From Malacoraja senta (taxonomy: Eukaryota), in contig CM075989.1 in NCBI GenBank assembly GCA_038087875.1, forward strand, positions 11,286,001 through 11,346,000: a stretch of DNA of 60,000 nt, written 5' to 3'. Below are positions 1 through 13,759 of the stretch, piece by piece; position 1 is the stretch's first letter, and every line of letters begins with the position of its first letter. The position numbers were made by a program, and so were the translations under genes. A model generated the notes under the pieces. The model saw nothing but the letters and a program-made list of their open reading frames with translations. It ran no database searches and had not been told where the DNA came from.

Positions 1-174
1 GTAGTGGTAAGAGGACTGACTTTGGTGCCTTCCCTCACAGTGGGAAACTTTTGATTCTGCTGTGTGGGGATGTTTTATGTTGAACTCTATCGTGTGTTGT
101 GTTCTTTATTTTATTGTATGGTGATCACATTTCACTGTGCCAAATGGCACATGTGACAAATAAATGTATCTTGT

Positions 175-1310
175 AAGATAGACAGTATGGGTGGTTATCA
201 AGAATTACAGTGGGATCTTGATCAGCTGGGCAAGTGCCTGAGGAATGGTACTTTGTTCAGATAAGTATGAAGTATTTCATTTTGGTAAGTCAAACCAGGG
301 CAGGATCTTCACAGTGAATGGTAAGGCCCTGGGGAGTGTTGTCAAGCAAAGGGATCTAGAATAACTACATAGTTCCCTGAAAGTGGCATCGCAGATAGAT
401 AGGGAGGTGAAGAAGAGTTTTGGCACGCTGGCTTCATCAGTCAGGGAATTGAGTACCTTAGTTGGGACAAAAGCAAAGTGCTGGAGGAATTCAGAGGTTC
501 ACTCACCATCTGTGGCGAGAATGGACAGGCGACATTTCAGGTTGGGACTCGACTTCAGACTGGAGTTTAGCTAGATTCCCGCCTGAAGAAGGGTCCCAAC
601 CCAAAACATTGTCTGTCCATCCCCTTCACAGATGCTGCCTGACCTGCTCAGTTCCTCCAGCAGTTTATTTTTGTCCAAGATTCCAGCATCTGCAGTTTCC
701 TGTATCTCCATAGAAGTTGGGACACTGTTACAGTTGTGCAAGACATTGGTGAGGCCACATTTGGAATATTGTGTTCAGTTTTGGCAACCTTGTTATTAGA
801 TAGATGCCATTAAGCTGGAAGGAGTGCAGAAAAGAATCTCAAGGGCCTGAGATTCATGAAAGGTTGACCTATCCATATCCTCTAGATGCTGTCTGACCCA
901 CTGCATTATTCCTTAGTGCGCTGAACCTATACAGGTGTATAAAATCATGAGGAAATAGGGTGAATAATATTCCCAAGGTAGGGGGATTCAAGAACAAACG
1001 CATAGATTTAGGGTGAGAAGAAAGTTTTAATGGGGTCCTCGGGGCCAATATTTACATACAGAGGCTGGTGCAGCTCTGGAACAAGCTATAAGAGGAACTA
1101 ATTGATGCAGGTACAATAACATTTAGTTTAGTTTAGGGATACCACAAGGAAACAGGCCATGTGAGTCCACATCGATCACCTGTTAAAATAATTTGGATGA
1201 GGTACATGGATAGGAAACGTTCAGAGCGATATGTGCCAAATATAAATTGCTTAGATGGGGCACCTTGTTCAGCAATAGCAATTTGGGCCAAAGGGCTGTA
1301 TGATTATATG
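175..1310 (+). mobile_element. Decayed CR1 LINE 3' portion, interrupted by Penelope-derived repeats
   Basis: Remnants of CR1 ORF2 (DLDQLG, LVRPHLEYCVQFW) and a CR1-type 3' UTR. Confidence 0.8.
470..714. mobile_element. Penelope-derived fold-back insertion with direct repeats agttgggaca (460-469, 715-724)
   Basis: Inverted then direct copy of the gatgctgcctgacctgctgagtt repeat, with degenerate CTGAAGA...GAAA cores. Confidence 0.7.
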
Positions 1311-1766
1311 ACATGAAAGTGCTTTACAGCTTGAATACTGTTGTTAAATGTTGACGAATATGTTTTAGTCAGCCACTGGGAATAGCTCCATGTTTTGTAC
1401 CAGAATAAATGTAGTGTAAAAAACAGATTTTTATTTTGATTTATAGCAAGGTTTGTTAAGATCTATACTCTCAGTTCAAAACCAATACAAATAAAAGATT
1501 ATTTATACATCCCACCCACATTAAAGCCATTTAGAGGAAGCAGATTTATCTACTGAAGTAGACAGGGAATGCTCAAATAAAGACTGTTATCTTGTTGTTA
1601 GGTGTGATCCTTAATCTTCTGGAACCAGGTTGTTGAGTATGATGGTGCCAACCCAAATTGCAACTTTTCCCTTAGTTAATAACTCTGTGGTAATGGGGCT
1701 AATGCTATCATGTTAAATCACTGGTTTTTACTGAGTTTCAATACTTGCTAACCTTCCTGTTTCTAG

Positions 1767-1922
1767 GACTCGTGTATCCGCCGAGCCTCTCAGTGTGTGA
1801 AGCTAGCCAAACTGGTGACCCTCCAGCTCCACTTCTTAAACAGCAACCAGGATGTGCAGTTAATTAATCTGCAGAGAAATGACTTGATGACTTGTATCCT
1901 CTCCTTACCAAAGTTCTATCAG
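1767..1922 (+). CDS. SPG11: Spatacsin, third-last coding exon (DSCIRRASQCVKLAKLVTLQLHFLN...LPKFYQ)
   Basis: ttctag acceptor and CAG|gtactg donor; 156 nt, phase 0/0; translation matches the remembered spatacsin C-terminus (DSCVRQAQHC...LITLQIHFLN...LPRFYQ). Confidence 0.95.
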
Positions 1923-3431
1923 GTACTGTGAATAATTGTTTAGTTACATTAGCTGTATGGATCAATTTAGCTCACTTTAGTTACAGGTTGGCAGATTGGC
2001 TGAACACGTTAACGGGTTTGCTTTTCCCCCCCTCTATATCTACCTCAACAGAAAAATTGACAATGAATATCCACAGAAGCCCCAAAACTCTCCAGCCATC
2101 GACTACATATTGTAAGGATTCCATTTATTTCTCCAAGTTTCAGTCTCTCTCAAATTGCCTTCAATGACAAGACCTTTTTGGCTTTACCACAGTGGACAGA
2201 GCCATAAAGTGTAGCTCAGCTTTCCTGCACTTCAGCTCCCATTCCCTCTTCTTGACAGAGCATGGATACAGTTCCCCTGATTCTTACATCAGCCATTCAT
2301 TCACTCCATTGGCCTTGGTAAGTCACAAGTTGTGCTGGCTTCAGCACCACCAGACATATCTGATCTGCGCAGCTCCATCTTTGAGACGCACCAACCACTT
2401 CCCTTCCCACTTTGTCATTCAACCTCAGGAGATGCTCTTTTACTTCATCCCTTCCCACCAGAAATCATTTTTCTGCTGGTGTATGGTCCTACACAGGGGC
2501 CATTGTGTGTTCTTCCAAGTGAAGCAGTGATACATTTCCAATTTTGTTTCTAGTTCAGATTTCCAGCAACGGTTGTTCTTACTTAAAGCTGCTCTTTTAA
2601 TTCTGATCTTTTTGCTTCAATTCAGGTAAAGTAGTTGCAGATTTTGCTCCCTTCATCAAGGCTGTGCACAGCACCAGCTTTCCAATTGTGATATGGATCA
2701 GACAATTAGCTGGGGTTGGGGAGAAATCCAAAGGCTAAAAATTGTCTGTGGAGACTAGTGTTTTCTGATGGTGTACACTATTAAATGGCAACTTTTCTGC
2801 TCTTCACCTTGGTCACAAACCATAGGTTTGGGACAGGACGAGAGAGCAGTCCTGAGCTATCTACCTCGTTGAAGACCCTTGGACTATCTTTAATTGGACT
2901 TTACCTTGCACTAAATGTTATTCCATTTATCATGTATCAGTACACTGGACGGCTCGATTGTAATCATGTATTGTCTTTCCACTGACTGGTTAGCATGCAA
3001 CAAAAGCTTTTTATTGTACCTCGGCACACATGACAACTAAACGAAGGTTGTTGTCAGAGTAGCTATGGTGAGTAACTGCAATTTGTAGATGGTACACACC
3101 ATAGCTACTGTAAACCTGTGGTGAAGGCATGAATGTTTAAAAACCCTGGAAAATGCTGAGCTTCCAGCTACACTCATCCAGATAATTAGACTGCGATTAT
3201 CTGGGGACAGAAAGTCCAGAACAAAAAAAATGTTGCAGTAACATATTGGAATTCTATGCAATTAACTATCTTGCGAGAAATCAGCATTACTGATAACTCA
3301 ACCATTAAAATAGTTTATAGACATATACATTCCTGTTGTAAGCCCCAAAGTCCATTGAGTTTCTTGGTCAATGATAATATTTACCTTAACTGCTGAACTC
3401 ATTCAATTCTCTCTCTTTTTCTTCTTTCTAG

Positions 3432-3583
3432 GCTTCCATAGTTGCAGAGGCATACGACTTTATACCTGATTGGGCAGAAGTTCTTTACCAGCATGTGATT
3501 GTTTGTGGTGATTTTACATATCTAGAGGAGTTTAAACAACAGCACCAGCTCCAGCACAGCCTGTTTGAGGAAATTTCCACTAA
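3432..3583 (+). CDS. SPG11: Spatacsin, penultimate coding exon (ASIVAEAYDFIPDWAEVLYQ...FEEIST)
   Basis: Polypyrimidine tract plus ag acceptor, AA|gtaagt donor, 152 nt; phases fit both neighbouring exons. Confidence 0.96.
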
Positions 3584-4306
3584 GTAAGTATTATTGATAC
3601 AAAAAGTTAAAACTATTATTGGACTACCTCATGTTGGTTGGCTTGGATGATTTAGGCTGAAGGCTCCATTTCATTGATATATTATTCCTATAGCTATTGG
3701 TCGGGAAGGGAGAATTGAGACAAAACCTAAAGATACACAAATGATTTATTTGTAAGAGGAGAGAAAAGTTTTTATTTGCTCATTGACAATTGTTTCTAAG
3801 GATCTCTATAGAATATCCAGTGATATCAAAGGAAGAATAATTAAAAGCAGCCAGTCAGGTTATGTAAACAACCAACAGATTGTAAAATTTCACCTGGTTC
3901 TGATATCCTTCAAGGAAGAAAATTTGCCCTCTTTCCTCAGGCTGGCCTACGAGTGAATCCAGACCCACGGCCCTCTTAACTATTCCCTTATTTCAGGGTC
4001 AATTAGGTGATAGGTAACACACCAAGCTGGTGTCCTATTATTGAAGAAATTAAAAAATATGGCCCATAACCTTAGCTCATGTGTGAAAAGGCAAATTTGT
4101 TGGGAAAGAGAAAATAATACAAATTTGCCAGTCGATGTTCACACCACACTGATATAAATTATCACAGAAAGTAACAAGAATAAGATTTGTGAAGCCAAAC
4201 TGAATTCCAGTTATAAAGATGTTTGAAAAGAGAATCCATGCAGTAATTAAAAAGATTTCCTTGTACAAGATTGGAAATTGGGATGTCTTTTTTTTAATAC
4301 TTCCAG

Positions 4307-4487
4307 ATTTAAACAACAAAAGGGAAATGCTGGAGCAAGTCAAAATCTGAAGCGGTTACTGCAGTACTGTGAAGATGTCTACCTGTTTTATAAAATGGCT
4401 TATGAACACAATTTCACAGACATAGCAAACAAGCTCCTTAAAGAACCCCAGACAAGATGTTACCTAAAAGACATGATTGCCAGCTAA
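4307..4487 (+). CDS. SPG11: Spatacsin, last coding exon (FKQQ...LLQYCEDVYLFYKMAYEH...CYLKDMIAS*)
   Basis: ttccag acceptor, completes the phase-2 codon, TAA at 4485-4487; matches the spatacsin C-terminus. Confidence 0.96.
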
Positions 4488-4612
4488 GTATTTATGCTCT
4501 AAGTTTTCAGTTTGGGTTGAAGCTCAATACATATAAAAAGTCTGTTCAGATTGTAAAAAAATGTAATTATGTAAATACGTTTTGCTTTTGAGTTGACCAA
4601 TATTTCACTGGT

Positions 4613-4778
4613 AGACACAAAAAGCTGGAGTAACGGGCAGCATCTCTGGAGAGAAGGAATGGGTGACGCACTTTTTCAAACCTCTCCAGAGATGCTGCCT
4701 GCCCCGCTGAGTTACTCCAGCGTTTTGTGTCTATATCTTCGGTTTAAACCAGCATCTGCAGTTCCTTCTTACACATTA
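4613..4778. mobile_element. Penelope-derived fold-back insertion in the SPG11 3' UTR, 14-bp TSD aatatttcactggt (4599-4612, 4779-4792)
   Basis: Arms agacacaaaaagctggagtaac...gcagcatctctggaga and tctccagagatgctgcc...gttactccagcgttttgtgtct; exact flanking direct repeat. Confidence 0.8.
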
Positions 4779-5016
4779 AATATTTCACTGGTGTTTAGTA
4801 CAATGCTTATTTACATTCAGACTAAAAGCAACTATGTCTTGGTGAATGAATAGTACAGACCCGGTGTATATATACAGCTGCTACTTGGAAATAGCAGTTG
4901 AGCAAAGTGCAGTACAGGGTAGAGTTTCTGAATGGTATTAGAGTGACTACCATGCATTTATCCTTCAAACGTAAATTAAAGCCCAAGAACATGCTGGAAC
5001 TGAATACAGTGGCTGA

Positions 5017-5022
5017 AATAAA
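5017..5022 (+). terminator. Candidate SPG11 polyadenylation signal AATAAA
   Basis: AATAAA about 530 nt after the SPG11 stop; further copies occur downstream (e.g. 5995-6000); usage unverified. Confidence 0.4.
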
Positions 5023-5846
5023 ACAATGAATGATTTTTTTAACATGTTTTTGCTGCCTGCATCCATTCACTGGTCTGTACCACCATTACAGGTCTGTAAC
5101 AACTCCACTGAATACTCAGAAAGTAGCCATAATTACCAACTTCTAGCACTTGGCTAGAATGCATGGTTTAAGATTACTAAAGCTTGGATGACAGTAATAC
5201 AAACCTCTCATAGTAGCACCATCTCATCTATACATATCTAGGCTAGGATCTGGACAACAAAGGCAGGCAGAAGGATCCATGGGATTTGAACCTTCTACCA
5301 GCAGGATGTTCAATGAATAGGGCTGCCAATTTTATGTGACAGGTAAAGCATGGTTGGGAAAGGTTTCTTTAATTATACACAGCCCCTGCAAGGGTGGTGT
5401 CAAGCAGGCTTTTACAGGCTATAATTTACCAGAAATACAAGGAAAGTGGTATAGTGGAAGAAAATGGGATTGACCTACCTACAGCTGGTACAGAATTGTG
5501 GTGGCTGAATGGCCATTTAACCATACTGTTATCACTAGCAGTTTCAGATCAAGCCTTGAAGGAATGATATTTCAATATAGTGTCTTGGATGACCACTTGT
5601 TCTCCTGGAGGTAAATAATTAGCAGTTAATATCCCATATACAAGGCAAAACCATCCTAGTATAGTACAATTCTGATCTCACAGGAGTGAAATCAAAGATG
5701 GGTAAAATTAGAAAAGCAGTCCTCTTTAAATAAAAAAAGTTATAACAAATGGGAATGTATGCTGCAATCTTTGTAAAGCACAACTAGGTCTGGTTTATAT
5801 TTTCTGAAGGGCACGAGAAACAATGCAGAAAATGATATTATATTCA

Positions 5847-5852
5847 TTTATT
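5847..5852 (-). terminator. Candidate EIF3J polyadenylation signal (AATAAA on minus strand)
   Basis: tttatt on the plus strand about 1.8 kb beyond the EIF3J stop, at the end of a largely repeat-free UTR-like stretch. Confidence 0.4.
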
Positions 5853-7630
5853 TTCCTGAAACATAGCAAGTGTCCAATTATGTTTACATGTAGTAAAGCC
5901 TTCCTGACTAATCAACAACAGATAAGATTAATGTAAAAATAAATTACTCATCTGTTGTACTGTTCAATGGATAGTGGGAAGTTATGTTTCATATAATAAA
6001 TTTGGGACAGGTAGAGAGGTCAATACAAGAGCTACTGTTAGCTGTTTGTGTTCAAGACTGCATAATGCAACTATTGCTAATTAAAATAATACAAAGGGAC
6101 TTTGAAAATAATGCATAATTTCCCATTACTAAGAAATTATACTGGGTTGCAAAAGCACCTCATGATCATTGTAGAATCTATGTAAAGTGCAGTTAAAATG
6201 AATAAACTGAACATTTACTGCACTGATGTCACTTTATACACACTTCCAACCCATTACAAAAGACCGGCCAGAGTTACAGCTAGTAAGCAGCACATGCCTT
6301 CAACACCGTGCAAGAGTTTATCCCACAACTCTAGAGTGGAATATGTAAAAATAAAGGCCACATTTCACACTGCAGCATTTTCATTGAAGTTTCTGCATTC
6401 AGTTCCAATTAGTGCAAGTCGCTGGCATGAAGAGTAATTTCCCCTATTGTTAGCATCTTTGATTCAAAACCCTTTCGCAAGGGTCTACTTTCTGCTATCT
6501 CATGCTTTCAACAAAAATGCTTAAAGCCAAATGCCAGGTCTCTGATAGGACCAATTAAATAGGCAGCATTGAAACATTCAAGGCTCAGTAAGTTTCCCTG
6601 ACTTGCCTAAAGCCAGACTTCAAAGTATAATCCCATTTAAAAAAAAGTGGCATCAGTCCAGTCTGTCAACCAGTCAGTCATTCCTCGCCAGCAAGCTATG
6701 CCAGCAAAGTGGGCGTTGTTGCAACTAGATTTTGTCCACACCAGTCATACATTAAGTGAGAACACCTAGGCCAATAGATGAACTCTCCTCATAACCCTAG
6801 CCACACAATATTTTACCCCTGAAATAAGAGCATTGTTTTTATATAGCGCCTCTCACAAACTCAGGATGGAACAAGGTGCTTTACAGTACTCTTTGTAATC
6901 ACTGTTTTAATGCAAGAAATGCAGCAGTTAATCTGTAACCGGCAAGCTCCCACAAACAGCAATTTGATGAAAAGATCATTATTTTAAAGTGATGGTGGAA
7001 GAGCAGAGAGTAAATGGAAATGTTATTTTCTTTAAAGTCTTCAGTTTCCCAAGGGGGCGGGGCAAAAAAAGCAACACCATAAGGAGATCACATGGCTCTT
7101 GCCTATTAGCCCAATTCAGAGTAAGCATTGAGGGCATGTTCTCTTAAGGCAGACCGACTCAGAAACTAAAAGACACAATGTCAGAAAATCAGGTTCTCTA
7201 GTTGGACTGTTTTAGTTTCTGAGAGAGAAAACACTGGCAAAATTTAAGAACGTTTAAAAATAGTAATCTGACTGCAATTCTACAGTATCACAATAAACGT
7301 GATATTAGGTCAGTTCAGGTCACAATATAGATGCTGAGGCATTGACACTGCAAGGCTCCATATTTTTTTCCAAATATATAGCTCTCTTCCCCACCCACCC
7401 CAAATCCATGCAGGTACTTTCTCCACAGTGCTATGCGAGTGTTGTCACTGACAGTAACGATGCGTAATTATGGTACCAGTAGTAAAACCTGTTGATGTTA
7501 TTATGGGGCATCCAGTGTCCTGGCTAGTTCCATAACAACGCAAGGGTTCTGTGCAGCTCAAGGACAAACCAGCAACAGAAGGTTGTCTACAAAAAACATG
7601 CTGGAAGAAGCCTGGGTCATGAGGACAATA

Positions 7631-7747
7631 TCACATGAACTCATCGTACTCCTGCGTGTAATCATAGTCATCAAGGTCATCTTTCAGGTTTGCCTTAAAT
7701 CCACCCGCGAGGACAGGGGCCTTTTTCTTCTTCTTGGCTTTGTTTTG
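7631..7747 (-). CDS. EIF3J: eIF3 subunit J exon 8 (QNKAKKKKKAPVLAGGFKANLKDDLDDYDYTQEYDEFM*)
   Basis: tttag acceptor, 117 nt, TGA stop; typical eIF3j acidic DxFM C-terminus. Confidence 0.96.
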   Translation of the reverse strand, partial: QNKAKKKKKAPVLAGGFKANLKDDLDDYDYTQEYDEFM

Positions 7748-8861
7748 CTAAAGGGTTGAAACAAAAATAGTCAGCCTTCCTCACCAGAAGATTTGAAAGG
7801 AGTTTATTTGTGTGTAAATCTTCTACAACAACCTGTACCTTCAATATCAAAAAATCTCAAAGTTCTTCATATGATTGTTATTGAACAAAAAACTAACATC
7901 AAATCAAAGGACTGGTGGCCAAATGCTTTGTGAATTAAGCAAGTCTTAAAGGACATTGGCATTCCAGGTCTAAAGGTTCAGAGTTCATTGTTCAAGTACT
8001 GATAGTAAACCAAAAAAAAAAATCACTTCAGAAGTAATGGCTCACAAAAGTCAGTGAACCAGTATTAGTGATAATGCTCCCAAAAATAATTTGTATTACT
8101 TTTAAGTTTTTTCTCTGTGACATAGAAAAATAGGTGCAGGAGGCCATTCAAGCCAGCACTGCCTCAATCACAAGGATGTCCTTCCTCAAATTATCTCATT
8201 AAAACGTATCCAAAATAAGTCTGGATTTATACAAACCAGCACAATATAATTTACTTACAGGTATAAAGTTAAAGCTAGAGGGCATAAATTTAGGGTAAAG
8301 CATTAGAGGCTTTACAGGTATCTCAGGCAGAACGTTTTCACCCAGTGGTTGAAATCTGGACGCTAAGTGGGTGAAGGAAGCAAGTACTCTCACAGCATTT
8401 ATCTGGATGAACACTTATATTCCAAAGGTATAGGCTGGTGACTTTGCTGATCAAACTTTGCCACCCACATGAACAATATTATGGATGCAGGGTGAGTGTT
8501 GGTAAGGGAATGGTGAGAGTGAGTAATGTGCCACTTACAGAGGTGAATTGGATGGAAACATCTCACAGGTGAAATATTAACCCAAAGCTGGGCAACGTTT
8601 CTTCCAAAATATTGCAATTCCAACATATCAGGACTCTCAGTATTGCATATGGAACAACCAGAATTTTAAGATCAAATGTTTGGCAGAATGTTTATCTTAA
8701 TCTCTCTGACTTAGTGGTGACTCTACACAAGGCCACACCTACTTTTTGATTGTGACCTGAACGGAATCTCTGTGCCTCTGTTTATAAATTCAATACTATT
8801 TTATCCACCTCTTGACTCCAATATGAGGTGGGAAAAATTGAGATGCCGAGGATCATCTTAC

Positions 8862-8935
8862 CTTTTCTTGTTTAAGTTTTTCAGAACTCAGTGACGTCAA
8901 AGAGTTGTTCAGCTTTTTCAAGTCGTCAACTTCCA
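8862..8935 (-). CDS. EIF3J: eIF3j exon 7 (LEVDDLKKLNNSLTSLSSEKLKQEK)
   Basis: ttcag acceptor, AAG|gtaaga donor, 74 nt, phase-consistent. Confidence 0.95.
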
Positions 8936-9306
8936 CTGAAAAAAAAGTCAGAGCTGAACTCCTGCAACCCCAAACACACATGGGCCCAGTAGTAAACAGC
9001 AACATTTTAACACCTAAAATTACTACCCTGGAGATGGAACCCTTCAGACAAATGCCTCTGGACTCTGCATAAATTAAACACGAACAGAATTAAATTCCCG
9101 TGTTTGATTATGCAAGGAATCCTGTATGAAGATTACGTCCAAATGTACCTTGGAGGCGGATCAATTTTTGATAACACAAAAGCTCAATGTTAGACTCTGA
9201 AATCCTACAAGACTATTAGAAGACCATTCCAGCATGATTACTAATTTTTGACAATGCCAAAATATATAAACCAACAAAAATGTCTACACCCACATAATCA
9301 ACTTAC

Positions 9307-9471
9307 ATGAAATGCTAATGTCTCGGAGTAAGGTTTCCAAGAAGTCCACATAATGTATAGATTTTTCAAACTGTGTAATCTTTTCCTTCAAAAGTTTCCC
9401 AAATTCTGTAAAGTCTTCTCTAGTAGATGGGCACATGGAGTCAATTCCAAACTGCGTTACATTGTTCATGC
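9307..9471 (-). CDS. EIF3J: eIF3j exon 6 (GMNNVTQFGIDSMCPSTREDFTEFGKLLKEKITQFEKSIHY...DISIS)
   Basis: ctccag acceptor, T|gtaagt donor, 165 nt; conserved eIF3j motif DFTEFGKLLK. Confidence 0.96.
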
Positions 9472-10129
9472 CTGGAGGAAGGTAACGTGAAACAAAAATT
9501 CTATTACTTGGGACGAGTCTCAAAATTCCAGTTCCTCACACCCCAATGCACTTCACAACATAAACAGTCTTTCATGTGATTCAGTAAATGTCATCAATAA
9601 GAAAGACAAAAATCAGCGATAATAGAGTTAAGATACTCCTACAGTAGAGAGGCAAAGTTCTGCAGCAAAGACTTTATGCACTTAGATTATACCTCTCCCC
9701 CTAGGTAATGCATTATCAAAGTCCTCCTCACAATTCTTGGTTTTCCGCCCAACATACCTTAGGTGTAAGGCAGTCCCCAGATTACCTAGCTTGAATACTT
9801 CAACTACAAAAATTAGAAGTTTTTCAGTTCCAGTGATTCAGGGCTACAGACCAGGTGTAACTCCCACATTAGCAGGGGGGAAAAGGAGACCAAGACCAAT
9901 CATGGCTTCAGCGCGTACTAAAATATTTACAGCCAATTGTTTATTTGTGGAGCACAGCATCCAGTAGGCAAAGTCTCAAAAACAACAATTTATAAATCAA
10001 TGTGTTATTTTTGTTGCTCGCTGGTAGATAAATATTTACCAGTGCTCAGGAAAACTGCTCTGATCTTCCTCAAGTTCAAAGGAATGCAAGTTCATCTTTC
10101 TTCCCATAACATGGAGATTTACTTTATTG

Positions 10130-10416
10130 TTTAGTTTAGATATACAGTATGGGAACAGGCTCCTTGGCCCACCAAGTCTACACCTACGTGCACTCTAGTT
10201 CTACTATCCACTCTCTCATCCACTCCCTGCACATGAAGGGCAATTTTACGGAGCCAATTAACCTACACACTCGCCCTTTGGGATGTGGAAGGGAACTTGA
10301 GCGCCTGGAGGAAACGCATGTGGTCACTCCACAGAGAGATTCCACATAATGCCAGAGGTCAGGAATGAACCAGGTCTCTGATACTGTGAAGCAGCAGCTC
10401 TACCAGCTGTGCCACT
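10130..10416 (-). mobile_element. tRNA-derived SINE (HE1/V-SINE-like)
   Basis: Minus strand begins agtggcacagctggtagagctgctg (A-box) followed by ggttcattcc (B-box-like); ends in a (taaac)n-type tail. Confidence 0.7.
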
Positions 10417-10934
10417 CTTTCTACTAAAAACATATTCTACTAAATTGCTTGGAAGATGAAGATTCAACTAGAGGACATTTTATTATGATATGGAACCTTG
10501 GAGAGTCAGCACCAAAACTGGGTTCACAATGAGCAGGAATCAGTCATATTATTAACAAGGTCTTTATTTTGGACTACAGTAATATTGGTATTACTGCTTG
10601 GAAACAGTTACAATGCTAACTCAAAATAATGACATTCCATACATCTCTTAATATTTTTCTGCTTCAAAAGACACCTTCACCATTTCATCAAATCAAAAAA
10701 CCACTTAATTACAAATTATTTAAAATTTTGCCATATAGAAAATCAATTATTTGCAAGGAGGATGCAGCTGACAGCAAGACATGTAACATTTATCTGGAGT
10801 ATTACAAGAATGTTTCAGTGCCCAAGGTGGCCATCAATGCTCTGTAGACGTCAACATTATATTCCTTAGTCAATTCCAAAATAAGGTCTTTCTCCGTCTT
10901 CACACAACGATGAGCAATGAGGAAGCCGAGAGAC

Positions 10935-12070
10935 AGGGATACAAGACCATGAGACAGGAGCAAAATTAGGCCATTCAGCCAAGTGAGTCTACTGTGCCAT
11001 TCAATCATAACTGATGTATTTTTCCCCCCATTAACCCCGTTCTCTTGCTTTGTCCCCATAACCTTTGACACCCTTACTAATGAAGAATCTATCCTGTGCT
11101 TTCAAAATACCCAATGACTAGGCCTCCACAGACACCTGTGGCAATAAACACAGATTCACCGCCTTCTGGCTAAATAAATTCCACCTCATCTCGATGCTGA
11201 AGGTACATCCTTCTATTCAGAGGCTGGACCCTCTGGTTCTAGACCTTCCCATTACTGGAAACATCCTGTTCATGTCCACTCTATGTAGCCCTTTCATTAT
11301 CTGGTAGGTTTCAATGAGATTGCATCGCATCTAAACTCAAGCGAGTACAGGCCCAGCTTGAAACGGTCTGCATTAACTCGATCATCCCCGGATCACTCTC
11401 GTAAACCTCCTTTGGACCCTCTCCAAAGCCAGCTCACCCTTTCTCAGATATGGAGCCCAAAACTGCTCACAATATTCCAAATGTGGCCTCACCAGCACCT
11501 GATAAAGCCTTGACATTACATCAATGTGTTTATATTCTAGTCCCCTAAAATTAAATGCAGACATTGTATTTACCTTCTTTATCACAGACTCAACCTGTAA
11601 ATTAACCTTTTGGGAATGCTGCACCAAGTCCATTTGCACTTTCGATTTTTGAATCCTCTCACCATTTAGAAAGTATCTGTATCTTTATTCCTTCTACCAA
11701 AGTGCATGACTGGACACTTTGCTACACTATATTCCATTTCCCACTGCTTTGCTCGCTCTCCCAACCTGTCCAAGTCCTTCAGCAGTCTATCTGCTACCTT
11801 AACACTACTTGCCCTTCCAACTATCTTTGTATCATCTGCAAACATGGCCACAAAGCCATCAATTCCCTCATTCAGATCATTAATATACAAATTAAAGAGT
11901 AGCGTATCCAACACTAACCCTTGCTGAACTCTATTAAGTCATCGACAGCCAACCAGAAAAGGCCCCCTTTATTTCCACTGACAATCTCTATCCATGCTAG
12001 AACCTTGCCTCTACTACCATGGGCTCCTATCTTATTACAAGCCTCACATGTGGAACCTAATCAAAGGGCT
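10935..12070 (-). mobile_element. CR1 LINE RT 3' fragment
   Basis: ORFs LFNLYINDL...FADDTK and LVRPHLEYCEQFWAPYLRK. Confidence 0.88.
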
Positions 12071-13759
12071 TCTAAAATATGCCCTCAGGGAGAGCAGGAT
12101 AAGATGAAGTGGAGCAGTTAATCTATACAGCTTTTCATCAATGTTTTCAGATCAATTGAAGATGATCAACACCACTTGATTTAATCATTGACACACTCAT
12201 TGAAGTCCTGGTCCTGCACCTTCAGCCACAATCAATTCAATGGTACTTTACACCACTCACTGCAACAAGCAGGAAAGGAGCCAAGCAGAGGCTCAGATGC
12301 CATGGATCAAATCATCAATGGAGCTGTGAAGTCCATGAAAAAGAGTCCCCCAGGTCCCACGCTATATATTTAATAAAGTTGTTTACCTCGGATCACAAAT
12401 TCAAATAGTGAAGCAAATAATGTCCTACACACACTGATTCAAAAAACAAATGTAACTTCAGAGTTTCCCTTTATGTAAAAGTTCCTTACTTTAAGACCAG
12501 ATTTATCCTGACCATATGTAATATTCCAGGACTGGAATTGACAAGAGCTTTGTTCCTAAAGCACAATTCTCCTCCCAGCCAGACTGTCCACACACGACCT
12601 CAACCCTCACTGGGAAATAATGGCACAAACCTACAAGCCACAACACAACAAAATAATGTAAAAAATCCTCCCACATGCAATCTAGAGCACAATAAAAAAC
12701 TGTCTCAAAGAGGAATCTGAATGCAGCCAACTGTAAGATTGGAACTGGCTAATCTTCATTTGCAGTGGGTATTGATGTAACACCTATTGTTACATTTTGA
12801 AAATTTCTGGTAAACTGGAATAGGAACTAATGGCCAATTCCCACCAGTGTAATATAAGTATGAAGCTAAATTCTGAACTCTTAAGTCATCCATTAGTTGC
12901 CAATATTAATCCCTCAACGGATTGCCCAGATGGTTTATACCTGTGAGCATTGAAATTGGAGATCAGTTTGGAGCAGTAGAACTACTTATTGTGGTGCACA
13001 AGAGCCCAGAATGTAATATTACATAAAGCCAAGCACAAAGTGAGCACACGCCAGTCATACAATGTGGCTCACTGTCCTTCTGAATTAACCAATGGTCAAT
13101 ATACCAAGAAAATAGGTGATATTTTCACTTCTGGAATTTAAAGAATTACAAAGAAGAGAGTTTATTTCAAGAACTAATCTGGCTCCCATTATTCCTTCCA
13201 CTTTGGCTTTTAGACATTCCTTGGTATAGCTGTCAGATATCAAAGCCAGCTTTGTACAATACACTTTGCTCCCCACAATTCGCATGGAAATGTTGCAAAA
13301 TTACTGAAATGTCAAAGGCCATATTACCTCTTCTGCAAATGACCTGGCCTCAATTCCTGATCTTTAAACCTCTATTAATTTTCTTATGTCTGTCTAGATT
13401 GAAGCTTTAATTTAAAAGCAATAAAAATATTTTCCCACTGATCTCATTCATTTTCACAGCAAAGCTTGTCAGTCTTTTTTTTAAACCATCTCAGCACTAA
13501 TATTAACAGCACAGATAACCCTTATTCATAATTTTCAACTCGGAAGGCACCAAAATTTGGTGTCCACTCCCATGGACTCTAGAAATGCCACAACACCTTG
13601 GGCCATCATAGCTGAAACATGTTTATATATCCTTCCAACAATCTGGAATGGAAAGGAAAACATAAAAGAATCAGGAGCTTTTGGTAATATTTTCCACCAA
13701 TAGTATTGCTAAGCCAATCATGTCACATTCTGAGAATGCACCCAATTAATTGCTGTAAT

